Shown here: positions 12,826 through 33,696 of the stretch, in pieces | Layout: each line of letters starts with the position of its first letter | Position numbering within the stretch: the first letter of the stretch is position 1 | Translations under genes and position numbers: made by a program | DNA from: Heterodontus francisci | Taxonomy: Eukaryota | NCBI RefSeq assembly: GCF_036365525.1 | Contig: NC_090402.1 | Location: 7,295,001 to 7,359,000 of the forward strand | Direction of reading: 5' to 3' | DNA length: 64,000 nucleotides | Notes under the pieces: generated by a model | What the model was told of the DNA's origin: nothing | Database searches by the model: none | The model's input: the letters and a program-made list of their open reading frames with translations, nothing else

Positions 12826-15091
12826 TCATCAGGCCAGCTCAGCAGCATAATTGTACTTCAGAATCCAGACTACACCCAAGTAATGCCACAACAGCTCAGT
12901 TAGTAAATGAAAATCCAAAGACACTTCAAACAAGTTCAACTTGTATTAAAAGTTTTTCATTGATTACATTTACCAACCACCAACTACCCCCCCCCCCACC
13001 CCCGTTGCAGGTAATGGAAATATATTTAACTTCTTTCCCTTCAAAGTTTTATTTTCTAATTGTGATGTAAACCAAAACCTGTGGAATAGAATTTACAATC
13101 CAAACGCTGATCACAACTCATTTCTCATTGCTGCTTGCGAGCTACAGACAGCCCATAACCCACTGTAGCCTCTATTTTAAGATTGGAATAAAACATTGCA
13201 GAAGTGATTGAATAAGAAATTCTTAAAACAATAAAAGTTAACTGACTTAATAAAAATGAAATTTTCTGCAATGACACTCCCAACCACTCATGATTAAAAC
13301 AGAAGACGACATAGAAAGACTTGCATTTACACCGCATCTCAAAGTTCAAGTGTTTCATACCCATTGAGTTACTTTGCAATTCAGGTGACTGCTCTGCAAA
13401 GGCAACAGCATTCTGCTTACAGTAAGATACCACAAACAGCAATGACAAGTTTGGCAAGGCTGGTTGAGGGAGAAATGTTAGTAAACACTGAAATAACTTT
13501 TGAAGAGTGCTACAATATCCACCTGAACCAGCGAAACAAGCATACACAGCCTTAGTTGAACACATCAACCAATGGACAGCATTTCTTACAATGCAACACT
13601 CCCTCAAGTACTGCACTAAAATATTAGCCTAGGTTATGCGCTTGATTCCTGGGATTTGATGCCTCTGCACATGCCACAAACAGTGCTTACTTTCGTCCTA
13701 CCAGTGTTAGCCCAGTTCATTTTAGAGTGAAAAACTGCAATAAATTTTAATCTACTCACAGACTAATATGCTGGTTAAAAGTGTACACTGAACATTAAGC
13801 ACCTTACTGAAATGTCAACCACAGAAATACAGCAGAGTCAACACACAAAAACCAAGCAGGTTTTAAACCAGGGATTAAACTTTTACAGATTATAGATTGT
13901 AGTTATATGTGCTGCAGGGAAACAATGATTTGTTGCAGCAAGTGATGCTATTATTCAGATCCCAGCATGTTTATTACTACAGGAGCCATTTAATACAAAA
14001 CTGGATCATGTCTCAATAACTGTAAAGTTTGCCAGATCTCAGGCTGCATCAAATAATTTGTCAAGAATTCACTTCCACATTCATTAATCAGTCACGTAAA
14101 TTCAAAGACACAACAAATCAGGAATACTTAACATTGTAACGAATTAACTCTAAATGACACCTCAAAGGCATACATTACAGTTCAGTCTACAATAACCCTA
14201 GATTGTGGGAATCACTTCTTCTCAACCCCAAAACACAACCTCAAATACTATAAGTAATACTTCATTGCAATAGTAAGACTCGCATTAATGCCACAGGTAA
14301 GTACGATAATTGCAACACATTTTTGCCAAATGAAGTATATTTGAATGTTTGTTGTCGCAAACACACACAGCTTTACAACTAATGCAGAAATTCATCAATA
14401 TTTACAACATATTTAGAAAATATTAAAACTTTCCTTCCTGCTCTACAGTACCAAAATAAAACATTTCATTCAAATCAAACAGGTTACAAAGTTCTGGAAG
14501 AGAACAAATTGTGTTACTCCTTAATGCTGTATATTTTTAAATTTGTGTTTTGTTTGGCTGGAAGCTAGGACAACTCAAGCCTCCTGGAAATCTCATACCT
14601 TTTAGGTACTTTGTAGTTTCCCCAAATTAAACAATCACTTTTGTACTAAGTCACACCCAAAACTGAATTGCATCTATGCACGATTTCCAATATGCTTAAA
14701 ATAAAGGTTAATTCAAACTTGGCAGCAAAGTTTAGCCAGCTGTGGACTGTCCCCAGCACTCTCCTTCACAGACTTGAGAATATGTTCTAAGCTGACACTC
14801 CAGTGCAGTACCGAGGGAGTTCCTTTGGAAATAGCGTTGGAGGTCTCGTCTGGCTTTTCCGATTAATGGCAGAGCTGGGTTTGGCTGACCGGGGTGGGGA
14901 GTGTGGCATATGGGGTCAAACTCAAGATTCAGCATGTTCGGCGGGAAAGGGACCAAGCTGGGAACAGGGAATGCCGACTTACCCAATTCAAAATCCCAGC
15001 CAGGATCTATACAGACTGGTACGAGGGAATAAAAACAAGAAATGTTGGAAATACTCAGTAGGTCTGGCAGCATCTGTGGAGAGAGAAGCAG

Positions 15092-15128
15092 AGTTAACAT
15101 TTCAGGTCAGTGACCCTTCATCAGAACT
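15092..15128 (-). ncRNA. Minimal hammerhead ribozyme-like motif (intact CUGAUGA and GAAA boxes)
   Basis: Minus strand reads AGTT-CTGATGA-agggtc-act-gacct-GAAA-tg-T-T-AACT. Stem I AGTT/AACT and stem II ggtc/gacc are present. Confidence 0.6.
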
Positions 15129-15523
15129 GGAGGGAACCTGGACGCCAAAGACAGGCAATAGATGTTCCCAGGTTGGTGATGGGGGACAGGATTAGGGTTG
15201 GAGAAAGTGGAAGGCTGGCTTTCAAAGCACCATTGGCCAACTTCAAAGTGGTCAGGACTGGTGCGGGGTATACATGGGATTATGACCCCACCCCACTTCC
15301 CAGTACAGCTAATGGTTCTGGTGGAAGTAAAAGGTTCCCCCCCACCCCCAGCTTGCACAATCAGGGGGGGTGGAAGGGTAACAGCAGACAAGTTCCTCTT
15401 GCTGTCCTGGCCAAAATTTATCCCTCAACCAACAGCTATCTAAACAAAACTCGGCCATTCATCTCATTGACTCACTACTTGTGGGATCTTGCGGTGCACA
15501 AAATGGCCACCAAACTTCCCTAC

Positions 15524-16040
15524 ATAACAGTTACTATGCTAAAAACAAGAAATGCTGGAACCACTCAGCAGGTCTGGCAGCATCTGTGAAAAGAGAAGCA
15601 GAGTTAACGTTTCGGGTCAGTGACCCTCCTTCGGAACTGACAAATATTAGAAAAGTCACAGGTTATAAGCAAGTGAAGTGGGGGTGGGGCAAGAGATAAC
15701 AAAGGAGAAGGTGTAGATTGGACAAGGCCACACAGCTGACCAAAAGGTCATGGAGCAATATTGTTTGCCTTTGCTCCATGACCTTTTGGTCAGCTATGTG
15801 GCCTTGTCCAATCTACACCTTCTTCTTAGTTATCTCTTGCCCCACCCCCACTTCACTTGCTTATAACCTGTGACTTTTCTAATATTTGTCAGTTCCGAAG
15901 GAGGGTCACTGACCCGAAACGTTAACTCTGCTTCTCTTTCCACAGATGCTGCCAGACCTGCTGAGTGATTCCAACATTTCTTGTTTTTATTTCAGAATTC
16001 CAGCATCCGCAGTATTTTGCTTTTATAACAGTTACTGTGC
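15524..16040. mobile_element. Penelope-like inverted-repeat insertion: 219-bp arms, 12-nt loop, 16-bp target-site duplication
   Basis: 15540-15758 is the reverse complement of 15771-15989 (about 6 mismatches by eye). Flanks ataacagttactatgc (15524-15539) and ataacagttactgtgc (16025-16040). Interrupts a Deu-SINE. Confidence 0.85.
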
Positions 16041-16059
16041 CCCTTTCTGATTACATCGG

Positions 16060-16450
16060 TTGTGAAGCGCTTTTTTCGCAACGTCTCTCAAAAAAAAACG
16101 CAGGCTCCTTCTCTGCTAAACCCGGCCCTGTCATTGCTCTGTAAGCGGGTGAAAGGCTCCATTCGCGGCTCCTTACCATGCGAAGCGCCCGTTACCAGTA
16201 GCCGGTTGAGACAGTTGGGTGCAGCTCGCGACACTTCCGGCAAGCACCCAGCGGTTCCCCCCGCCTACTAACGTCACTTCCGGACGCGCTGTCCTCGCTT
16301 CCGATTGGCGCATTCGAATCGCCCCAACGCTTCTTTCTCAGGTCCGATTGGCTGCTCCGCTGACATCCGAACCCCGCCCCCGCTCACCAATTGATTGTCA
16401 GACGTTCCAGTCTCTTCCGGGTTACGAGATAAATTGGATTACCATAGCAA
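16060..16450 (-). promoter_or_regulatory. CpG-island housekeeping-type promoter and first exon of the unidentified minus-strand gene
   Basis: CpG-dense. ETS site acttccgg at about 16233, composite ETS-CRE CCGGAAGTGACGT at 16283-16271, CCAAT boxes at about 16304, 16347 and 16387, GC box 16372-16381. ATG|GTAAGG donor with ATG at 16179-16177. Confidence 0.8.
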
Positions 16451-16699
16451 CCAACCCAAATAATTATCGACACCTTGCTGGCTGGGCTTTTTCTGAATCC
16501 CAGCAACGTAACAACACAGATGGGACCAAAGATGCTTTCCTTTATTAGCCGAGGTATAGAATGTAAGAGCAGGGAGGTTATGCTACTACTGTGTGAAACA
16601 CCAGTTGTTTGGCATCCATTTAGAACATAGAACAGCACAGTACAGACCCTTCGGCCCATGATGTTGTGCCGACCCTTTAACCGACTCTAAGATCAAACT

Positions 16700-17110
16700 A
16701 GAGTGTCTTCTCTTGGTGCACCTTTGTTGGTGGCTGTGGAGGCCAATCCTTGAGAGGCAGGTTCTGCCACAAGTGTCGCACGTGAAGCTGCCAAGTGACG
16801 CTGTGAATTGTTTTTGGTGTTGGCACCTGTGGCCAAGCTGCTCTAGCAACTGCTCAGCCTGGTAGTCCCCTCTTTCACCAGATAGTGACTCCCCATTTAG
16901 GGCCTTCACGTCACGCTTGCAAGCATCCTTAAAGCGGAGCTTTGGGCACCCCACTGGTCGTCTGGCCCCCGGCTACCTCACCTTAGATATGACCGTCTTT
17001 CATCCTGCAGACGATCCACCAAAGCCACCTCTGCTTGATTAGTGCCAACACACTTGGGAGCTCTGCCTTTGGGAGGACTGCCGCATTTGTGATTTTGTCC
17101 TGCCAGGATA
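16700..17110 (-). mobile_element. RTE-clade LINE 3' fragment (divergent subfamily)
   Basis: GCPKLRFKDACKRD...FTCDTCGRTCLSRIGLHSH. Confidence 0.8.
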
Positions 17111-17423
17111 CCAGTTAAGCTGCAATGAGAGTACTGCATACAGTTCTGGTCACCACATTACAGGAAGGATGCTATCGCACTTGAGAGGGTTCAGAGATTT
17201 ACTTACGAGGTTTGTGTGAGGAACTACCTGACCTCAGTACAAAATTAGCATTTTACTAATATGAACCCATGTCCCCTTGCCCTCCTATTGCAGTTCAATT
17301 TGGGGTACTGTTCTGGATCTACCAAGATTCTTTTTCCTATCAACAACATACATTTATATACTACATAAATACTATATTGTACTATATAAATAGTATATAC
17401 TATACTAAATACTATACTATATA

Positions 17424-18030
17424 CTACGTCAGCCAAGAGCGACGTCTCAATTCATTTCATCTTCGCTGCCTCCGGAAAATCCTTGGCATCAGGTGGCAGG
17501 ACCGTATCTCCAACACAGAAGTCCTGGAGGTGGCCAACATCCCCAGCATATACACCCTACTAAGCCAGTGGCGCCTGAGATGGCTTGGCCATGTGAGCCG
17601 CATGGAAGATGGCAGGATCCCCAAGGACACATTGTACAGTGAGCTCGTCACTGGTACCAGACCCACCGGCCGTCCATGTCTCCACTTTAAAGACGTCTGC
17701 AAATGCGACATGAAGTCCTGTGACATTGACCACAAGTCATGGGAGTCAGCTGCCACCAATCGCGAAAGCTGGCGGTCAACCATAAAGGCGGGACTAAAGC
17801 GTGGCGAGTCGAAGAGACTTAGCAGTTGGCAAGAAAAAAGACAGAGGCGCAAGAGGAGAGCCAACTGTGTAACAGCCCCGACAACCAATTTTATCTGCAG
17901 CACCTGTGGAAGAGTCTGTCACTCTAGAATTGGCCTTTATAGCCACTCCAGGCGCTGCTGCACAAACCACTGACCACCTCCAGGCGCTTACCCATTGTCT
18001 CTCGAGACAAGGAGGCCAAAGAAGAAGACC
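17424..18030 (+). mobile_element. RTE-clade LINE 3' fragment with open C-terminal ORF
   Basis: ERRLNSFHLRCLRKILGIRWQD...RLRWLGHVSRM...CSTCGRVCHSRIGLYSH, followed by a (gaa)n tail. Confidence 0.9.
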
Positions 18031-18699
18031 AAAGATATACTGTATATATACTATATTATTTACTATAGGTAGTAAAACGTGCCAAGGCACTTCACAGGCA
18101 CTTTATCAAACAAAATTTGACACAACCACATAAGGAGATATTAATAAAGATGATTAAAAACTTAGTCAATAGAAGTTAGTTTTGACGAGCATCTTAAAGG
18201 AGGGAGTGGTAGAGAGGTGGAGTGTTTTAGGGAGGTTATTCCAGAACTTAGGGTCTAGACAGCTAGACATGGCTGTCGATGATGGAGCAATTAAAGTCAG
18301 GGATTGGAGGAGCACAGAGATATCAGGGGGTTGTAAGGCTTGTATCGCTAAAGCATTACCTCCATTCAGGGCAGAAAATACCAACTTTCTCCAGTCTTTC
18401 CTCAGAACCTAGTTCTAAGAATGAGACTTGTGGCCCTTCTGTCCATTCCTTCTGGACCTCTTTGTATCTCAATGACCAGAGCTGTTCACAGTAATCAAGG
18501 TGTACTGTACTGTGGTGGATATATCATTTTATTTGCTTTGTTGTTTGCTGCTCCATGGTGACTAGACCTGTTGAGTGTTACATCTACTGATACTATAACT
18601 ATTTTAACATCATTATGGAGCACTTATATAGCAATCAACATGGGTCCTCGGGTGTGGGCAGGCTTCTGGTAGTTTCTCCAAATGGCCATTCTTTGAATA

Positions 18700-20000
18700 A
18701 ATGCATATATGTAGCACCTTTCGGGACCTGAGGATGTCCCAAAGTGCTTTAGAATCAATTAAATAATATTGACGTTGTAATGTAGAAAATGTGTTAGCCA
18801 ATTTGCATACAGTAAGCTTCCACAAAACAGCAATGTGATAATGGCCAGATAATTTTTTTTAAAGCGATGTTAGGCAAAGGATATACATTGGCCCAGGACA
18901 CCAGGGATCACTCCCCTGCACTGCTTCAAATAGTGCAATGGTATCTTTTACATCCTTCTGAGAAGCGCAGATGGGGCCTCAAAGAAGAAAATTACAGCAC
19001 AGGAACAGGCCCTTCGGCCCTCCAAGCCTGCGCCGATCCAGATCCTCTACCTAAACATGTCGCCTATTTTCTAAGGGTCTGTATCTCTTTACTTCCTGCC
19101 CATTCATGTATCTGTCTAGATACATCTTAAAAGACGCTATTGTGTTCGCATCTACCACCTCCGCTGGCAACGCGTTCCAGGCACCCACCACCCTCTGCGT
19201 AAAGATCTTTCCATGCATATCCCCCCTAAACTTTTCCCCTCTCACTTTGAACTCGTGGCCCCTAGTATTTGAATCCCCCACTCTGGGAAAAAGCTTCTTG
19301 CTATCCACCCTGTCTATACCTCTCATGATTTTGTACACCTCAATCAGGTCCCTCCTCAACCTCCGCCTTTCTAATGAAAATAATCCTAATCTACTCAACC
19401 TCTCTTCATAGCTAGCACCCTCCATACCAGGCAACATCCTGGTGAACTTCCTCTGCACCCTCTCCAAAGCATCCACATCCTTTTGGTAATGTGGCGACCA
19501 GAACTGCACGCAGTATTCCAAATGTGGCCGAACCAAAGTCCTATACAACTGTAACATGACCTGCCAACTCTTGTACTCAATTCCCCGTCCGATGAAGGAA
19601 AGCATGCCATATGCCTTCTTGACCACTCTATTTACCTGCGTTGCCACCTTCAGGGAACAATGGACCTGAACACCCAAATCTCTCTGTACATCAATTTTCC
19701 CCAGGACTTTTCAATTTACTGTATAGTTCACTCTTGAATTGGATCTTCCAAAATGCATCACCTCGCATTTACCCTGATTGAACTCCATCTGCCATTTCTC
19801 TGCCCAACTCTCCAATCTATCTATATTCTGCTGTAATGTTTAATGCCTCATCTGAAAGATGGCACCTCTGACTTATACAGCACTCCCTCAGTACTGCATT
19901 GGAGTGTCAGCCTAGATTTTTGTGTTCAAGTCTCTGAAGTGGGTCTTGAACCCAAACCCTTCCAACTCAGAGGCAAAAGTGCTACCACTAAGGTGTGGCT
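18700..20000 (-). mobile_element. Deu-domain SINE (SacSINE1/AmnSINE1-like) split by a CR1 fragment
   Basis: The same SINE body as 28740-29155 continues on both sides of 18982-19832. Confidence 0.7.
18982..19832 (-). mobile_element. Relatively young 5'-truncated CR1 LINE
   Basis: Uninterrupted 208-aa frame (LYRTLVRPHLEYCVQFWSP...RRLRRDLIEVYKIM...FTQRVVGAWNALP). Confidence 0.9.
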
Positions 20001-20358
20001 GATGTGGTTATCATTATGTAGGCACCCAAGCCAAGCCTCATCTTGTTCTCACCTTGTGTTCACTTTTCAAAATGGTTCAGGAGGGGGAACCTTGGCTGAC
20101 TGTTTCTCGTCTTGACCAAATTGTTGCAGCCCAGCTACTATCCTGACTAAGATCAGCTAACACCAGGTCTGTATGGCAGTTATAACCTGCACTGACTAAC
20201 TGAGCTGTTATGAAAACTCCACACTGTAGAATCCATGATTGACCTCTGCAACCCAACAATATTCCAGTCATATTTAATATACAACATAGTAAAATTCATA
20301 ATGCTTATTAAATACTACTAAAAAAAATAGTCTCAAATACATCCTGTCAAATTCTGAT

Positions 20359-20907
20359 GTTCTTTTGGGCCTCCTTATCTCGAGAGACAATGGATACGCG
20401 CCTGGAGGTGGTCAGTGGTTTGTGAAGCAGCGCCTGGAGTGGCTATAAAGGCCAATTCTGGAGTGACAGGCTCTTCCACAGGTGCTGCAGAGAAATTTGT
20501 TTGTTGGGGCTGTTGCACAGTTGGCTCTCCCCTTGCGCCTCTGTCTTTTTTCCTGCCAACTACTAAGTCTCTTCGACTCGCCACAATTTAGCCCTGTCTT
20601 TATGGCTGCCCGCCAGCTCTGGCGAATGCTGGCAACTGACTCCCACGACTTGTGATCAATGTCACACGATTTCATGTCACGTTTGCAGACGTCTTTATAA
20701 CGGAGACATGGACGGCCGGTGGGTCTGATACCAGTGGCGAGCTCGCTGTACAATGTGTCTTTGGGGATCCTGCTATCTTCCATGCGGCTCACATGGCCAA
20801 GCCATCTCAAGCGCCGCTGACTCAGTAGTGTGTATAAGCTGGGGATGTTGGCCGCTTCAAGGACTTCTGTGTTGGAGATATAGTCCTGCCACCTGATGCC
20901 AAGTATT
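20359..20907 (-). mobile_element. RTE-clade LINE 3' fragment, same family as 17424-18030, inverted
   Basis: Near-identical peptide (RWLGHVSRMEDSRIPKD...CSTCGRACHSRIGLYSH). Confidence 0.9.
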
Positions 20908-22060
20908 CAATACCTCAATAGATAAACTTACTTGCATTTGCCATAGGGAAGTGGAGAGGGCATCGCATCAGCAAAAACGCGAAAAAAAAATTTTATTCGT
21001 TGGGATGGGAGCGTCACTGGTAAGATCAGCATTTATTGCCCATCCCTAATTACCCTTGATGTGGTGAGCTGCCTTCTTGATCCCCTGCAGTCCTTGGGGT
21101 GTAGGTACACCCACAGTGGTGTTAGGAAGGGACTTCCAGGATTTTCACCCAGCGACAGTGAAGGAATGGCGATATAGTTCTAAGTCGGAATGGTGTGTGA
21201 CTTGGAGGAGAACTTGCAGGTGGTGGTGTTCCTATGCATCTACTGCACTTGTCCGTCTAGGTGGTAGAGGTCACGGGTTTGGAAGGTGCTGTCGAAGGAG
21301 CCTTGGTGGTTACAGGGAGAGGGGGAAGCAAAAGAGAAATGCAGGTGGGAGAAACGTCAAAATGCATTAAAATTATCAACTGGAAGAACTTCCATGTAAC
21401 TCGTCAAATCACTCTCACCCAGATAAAATAGAATTTAAACAATCTTGTATCTAGCGCCCAGTCTACCACATTTTGCCTTTCTTGACATTTGGAACTGTAA
21501 CAGTCATTTCCTGCTGGTTTTTCTGAGCTTGATAACCTTGCCTCTCTGAGCATGGCAGCCAGAATTTACAAGCAGCTGCCAATCTACCGCGACCTTCCTC
21601 AGTAGTCTTCCTTCAGATAACTTCAGGATGTGGCTAGATGTGCTTTTGAAGGAATCCAATAGAATGTAAAGGGGAGAGAGAGATTTCTATAGTGCCTTTC
21701 ACAACTTCAGGACATTCCAAAGCACTTTACAGTCATGGAAGTGTTTTTGAAACAGTCATTGTTGTAATACACAAGAAACAGGAGCAGAAGTAGACCATAT
21801 GGCCCATCGAGCCTGCTCCGCCATTCAATATGATCTTGGCTGATCTTGGGCTTCAATTCCACTTTCCTGCCTGCTCCCCATATCCATTGATGCCCTGCGA
21901 GACGAAAAATCTATCTATCCCAGCCTTAAATGAATTCAATGATGGAGCATCCACAACCATCTGGGGTAGAGAATTCCAAAGATTCACAACCCTTTGAGTG
22001 AAGTAATATAGGAAACGTGGCAGCCAATATGCACACAGCGAACTCCCACAAACACCAAGG

Positions 22061-22530
22061 GGGAGACAGTGACGTAGTGGTAATGTCAGTGGACTAGTAG
22101 AGGCCCAGGCTAATGCCATGGGGACACAGGTTCAAATCCCATCGCAGCAGCTGGTGGAATTTAAATTCAAGAAATCTAATTAATTAAAAAAAAAATCTGG
22201 AATTGAAAGCTAGTTTCAGTAATGGTACCATGAAGCTGTCATCGATTGTCATAAAAAACCCATTTGGTTCACTAATGTCCTTTAGGGAAGGAAATCTTCC
22301 GTCCTTACCTGGTCTGGCCTACATATAATTCCAGACCTGCAGCAACGTGGTTGACTCTTAACTGCCGTCCGAAATGGCTTAGCAAGTCAGAAGGTGGCCT
22401 CCTTCTGTGCATAAATGACTCGACTCGAGGGTTGTTCACTGCAAACTTCTCAAGGGTAATTCGGGATGGGCAACAAATGCTGGCCTTGCCAGCCAGCTAT
22501 GCCCACATCCCATTAAAGAAAAAAAAACGC
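22061..22530 (+). mobile_element. tRNA-derived SINE (a second copy is on minus at about 51110-51590)
   Basis: A-box-like gtgacgtagtggt, B-box ggttcaaatccc, and a LINE-like tail ending in an A run. Confidence 0.7.
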
Positions 22531-22913
22531 AATGTGAAAATGACCAGGATAATCTATTTCTGTTGCTGTGAGCCGAGGGATAAATCCAGGATACTGCAAA
22601 GAACTCCCCTGCTCTGAAGTTAATGTTTCAAGTCCAACCCTTCATCAGAACTAAAAAATGAACAGCATTTAAATTGAAACATAACAAAGCGAAGCAAGAA
22701 AGAGACATCACCCATACAAGTAATGGGCATTCTACCCATCATATGTTTGTGTGTGTTTCCCCCTTCTCTGTTTTGTTCCTACTTAAATACTGTTTGTTAC
22801 CACTTCTGACTAAGGGTTACACCTGAAACATTATCTTGTCTGTTCTCTCCATAGAGAGACAGAATTTGCTATGCATTACGAGCACAGCCTGAGTCTCTTT
22901 GAGATGTCTAATT

Positions 22914-23018
22914 TTTATTTTGCCTTTTAATTCAATGCTCACAATCGTCGCACAGCTTAATTTATGAATTTCTGTGTGTTTTAAAGCTACAGTTTTATTA
23001 TTTCTGAGAGTTTTTATT
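22914..23018 (-). terminator. Cluster of AATAAA poly(A) signals, probably for PTGES2
   Basis: tttatt on plus at 22914, 22994 and 23013, 400-500 nt past the stop codon. Confidence 0.5.
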
Positions 23019-23415
23019 TTAAGTGCCTTTTCAGTTGCATTTATACTTAGCGGCATTGTCGCAAAGCAGTTTTACCCTGGCATCAATGCTAAACCGTGTA
23101 AGTGTAAATCAGGTAATAAACCTGAATTGAGTTTGGAGCAAAGCAGAGAGAGATTCCGTCCACCAACTTCCCATCTGGTATCAGACCAGTCCTCAATTCT
23201 GGATTCAGAATGCATTTAAACCACGAAGGCAGCATTGCACTAAGTCTTTCTGTTGCAGTGTAAACGCATCCTTGATTAGCTGAGGATAAGTGTTGCGTGG
23301 ACTCAGTTTTTAAAGCAGTTATTCTTTTCTCCATACAGATCTCACAGCACTCCGTTAACATTAGGTCTTATTGTCCATCCAAAACCATTAACAGAAGTGA
23401 AATGCAACTGGAATT

Positions 23416-32405
<8,990 letters not shown>

Positions 32406-32978
32406 GTCCACCTTACATTATGAGATTCACCCCGGTCTTCTTAAAGGTGTACTTCGCCGACCAGCTGCGGATTTTTCTTTCTCTGCCAAATACAGTCTTC
32501 CTATTTCAATTAAAAACGGAATTTATGATCATTTATATTTGTATCCAAGAAGAAGAAAAGATTTCATAAATTTGATGGTGAGCTTAATTTTGGTTGTACA
32601 ACATAAATTATTGTCTCTCACAATTTCCGTTCAAATCAAAACATGCTCCCCACCAAACAAAACCAACATCGCCTCTTTTAATCTATTCGTGTCAACCTAA
32701 AAAAAAACCCTAACAAAAGTGATCCCCTTTTAAGAGGGACACAATGACTAAAACCCAAATCATACAGAATAATTAAAACAATGAATAAGATCATAATCTT
32801 ACTAACATTTACTAACGCACAAAAGGGCACACCCTGCCAGTTTAGTGAACATAAGAAATAGGAGCAGGAGTAGGCCATACGACTCCTTGGGCCTGTTCCA
32901 CCATTCAATAAGATCCTAACTGATCGTCCTCAGCTCCACTTTCCCACTCGATCCCCATATCCCTTGATGATCATGCTG

Positions 32979-33696
32979 CAGTGGTTCTCAAACTTTTTTG
33001 GTTGAAGGACCCCTTTTCAAATAGAATAATAATTATGGTGACTCCCCAGTTAAATTATAATACTATATAATACTCATAATATAAAAGTGGTGCATGTAAA
33101 GACTGTTTCAATAATACTGTTGGTAAAACAGTTATTTACTTATGTCCAGCATGATGCCACTACCAAATGCATCTTTCCCTCCCCTTCCCTGTCAGCAAAG
33201 TTCTGATGAAGGGTCACTGACCTTTAATGTTAACTCTGTTTCTCTCTCCACAGATGCTGCCAGACTTGCTGAGTATTTCCAGCATTTCTTGTTTTTATTT
33301 ACTTATAGATATCAGTTAGATGGGTGTGCCTGCTTCTCACTGCAGAATCTGCCTATGCTTGGCAGGAACCCAGGGGGAGCAGAACATGGAGAAAGTACAA
33401 CAGGAGCAAAGGGGAGCAGGAACAATGGGGAAGCACACCACAGTGAGAAACATGCTGAGAACAGATCACAGAGAAAACAGGAATCCAGAGAAAATAGGAG
33501 CAGGGGGAGAGAAGGATAATGAAAAGAGCAGGAGTGTGGGGAGGGTGGAGCAGATCACACCTCTGACCACTGCTCTCTCGCTTACTCTTGGACCACGGCG
33601 CCCTGGGATGCCCCACCATATTGCCCTCCGTGGGCTGGCCCTGCATCATGGACCCCCGGAAGGCCTCTGGGGGTATCTCCAGGTTGAGAACCATTG
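32979..33696. mobile_element. hAT/Charlie-like non-autonomous DNA transposon
   Basis: Terminal inverted repeats CAGTGGTTCTCAA...TTGAGAACCATTG. Interrupts a CR1 3' fragment. No clean 8-bp TSD. Confidence 0.7.

Noticed and set aside
17269-17973. 234-aa ORF as a host gene
   Set aside because: It is an RTE C-terminus fused by chance to AT-rich flank that translates as Y/I/T-rich filler.
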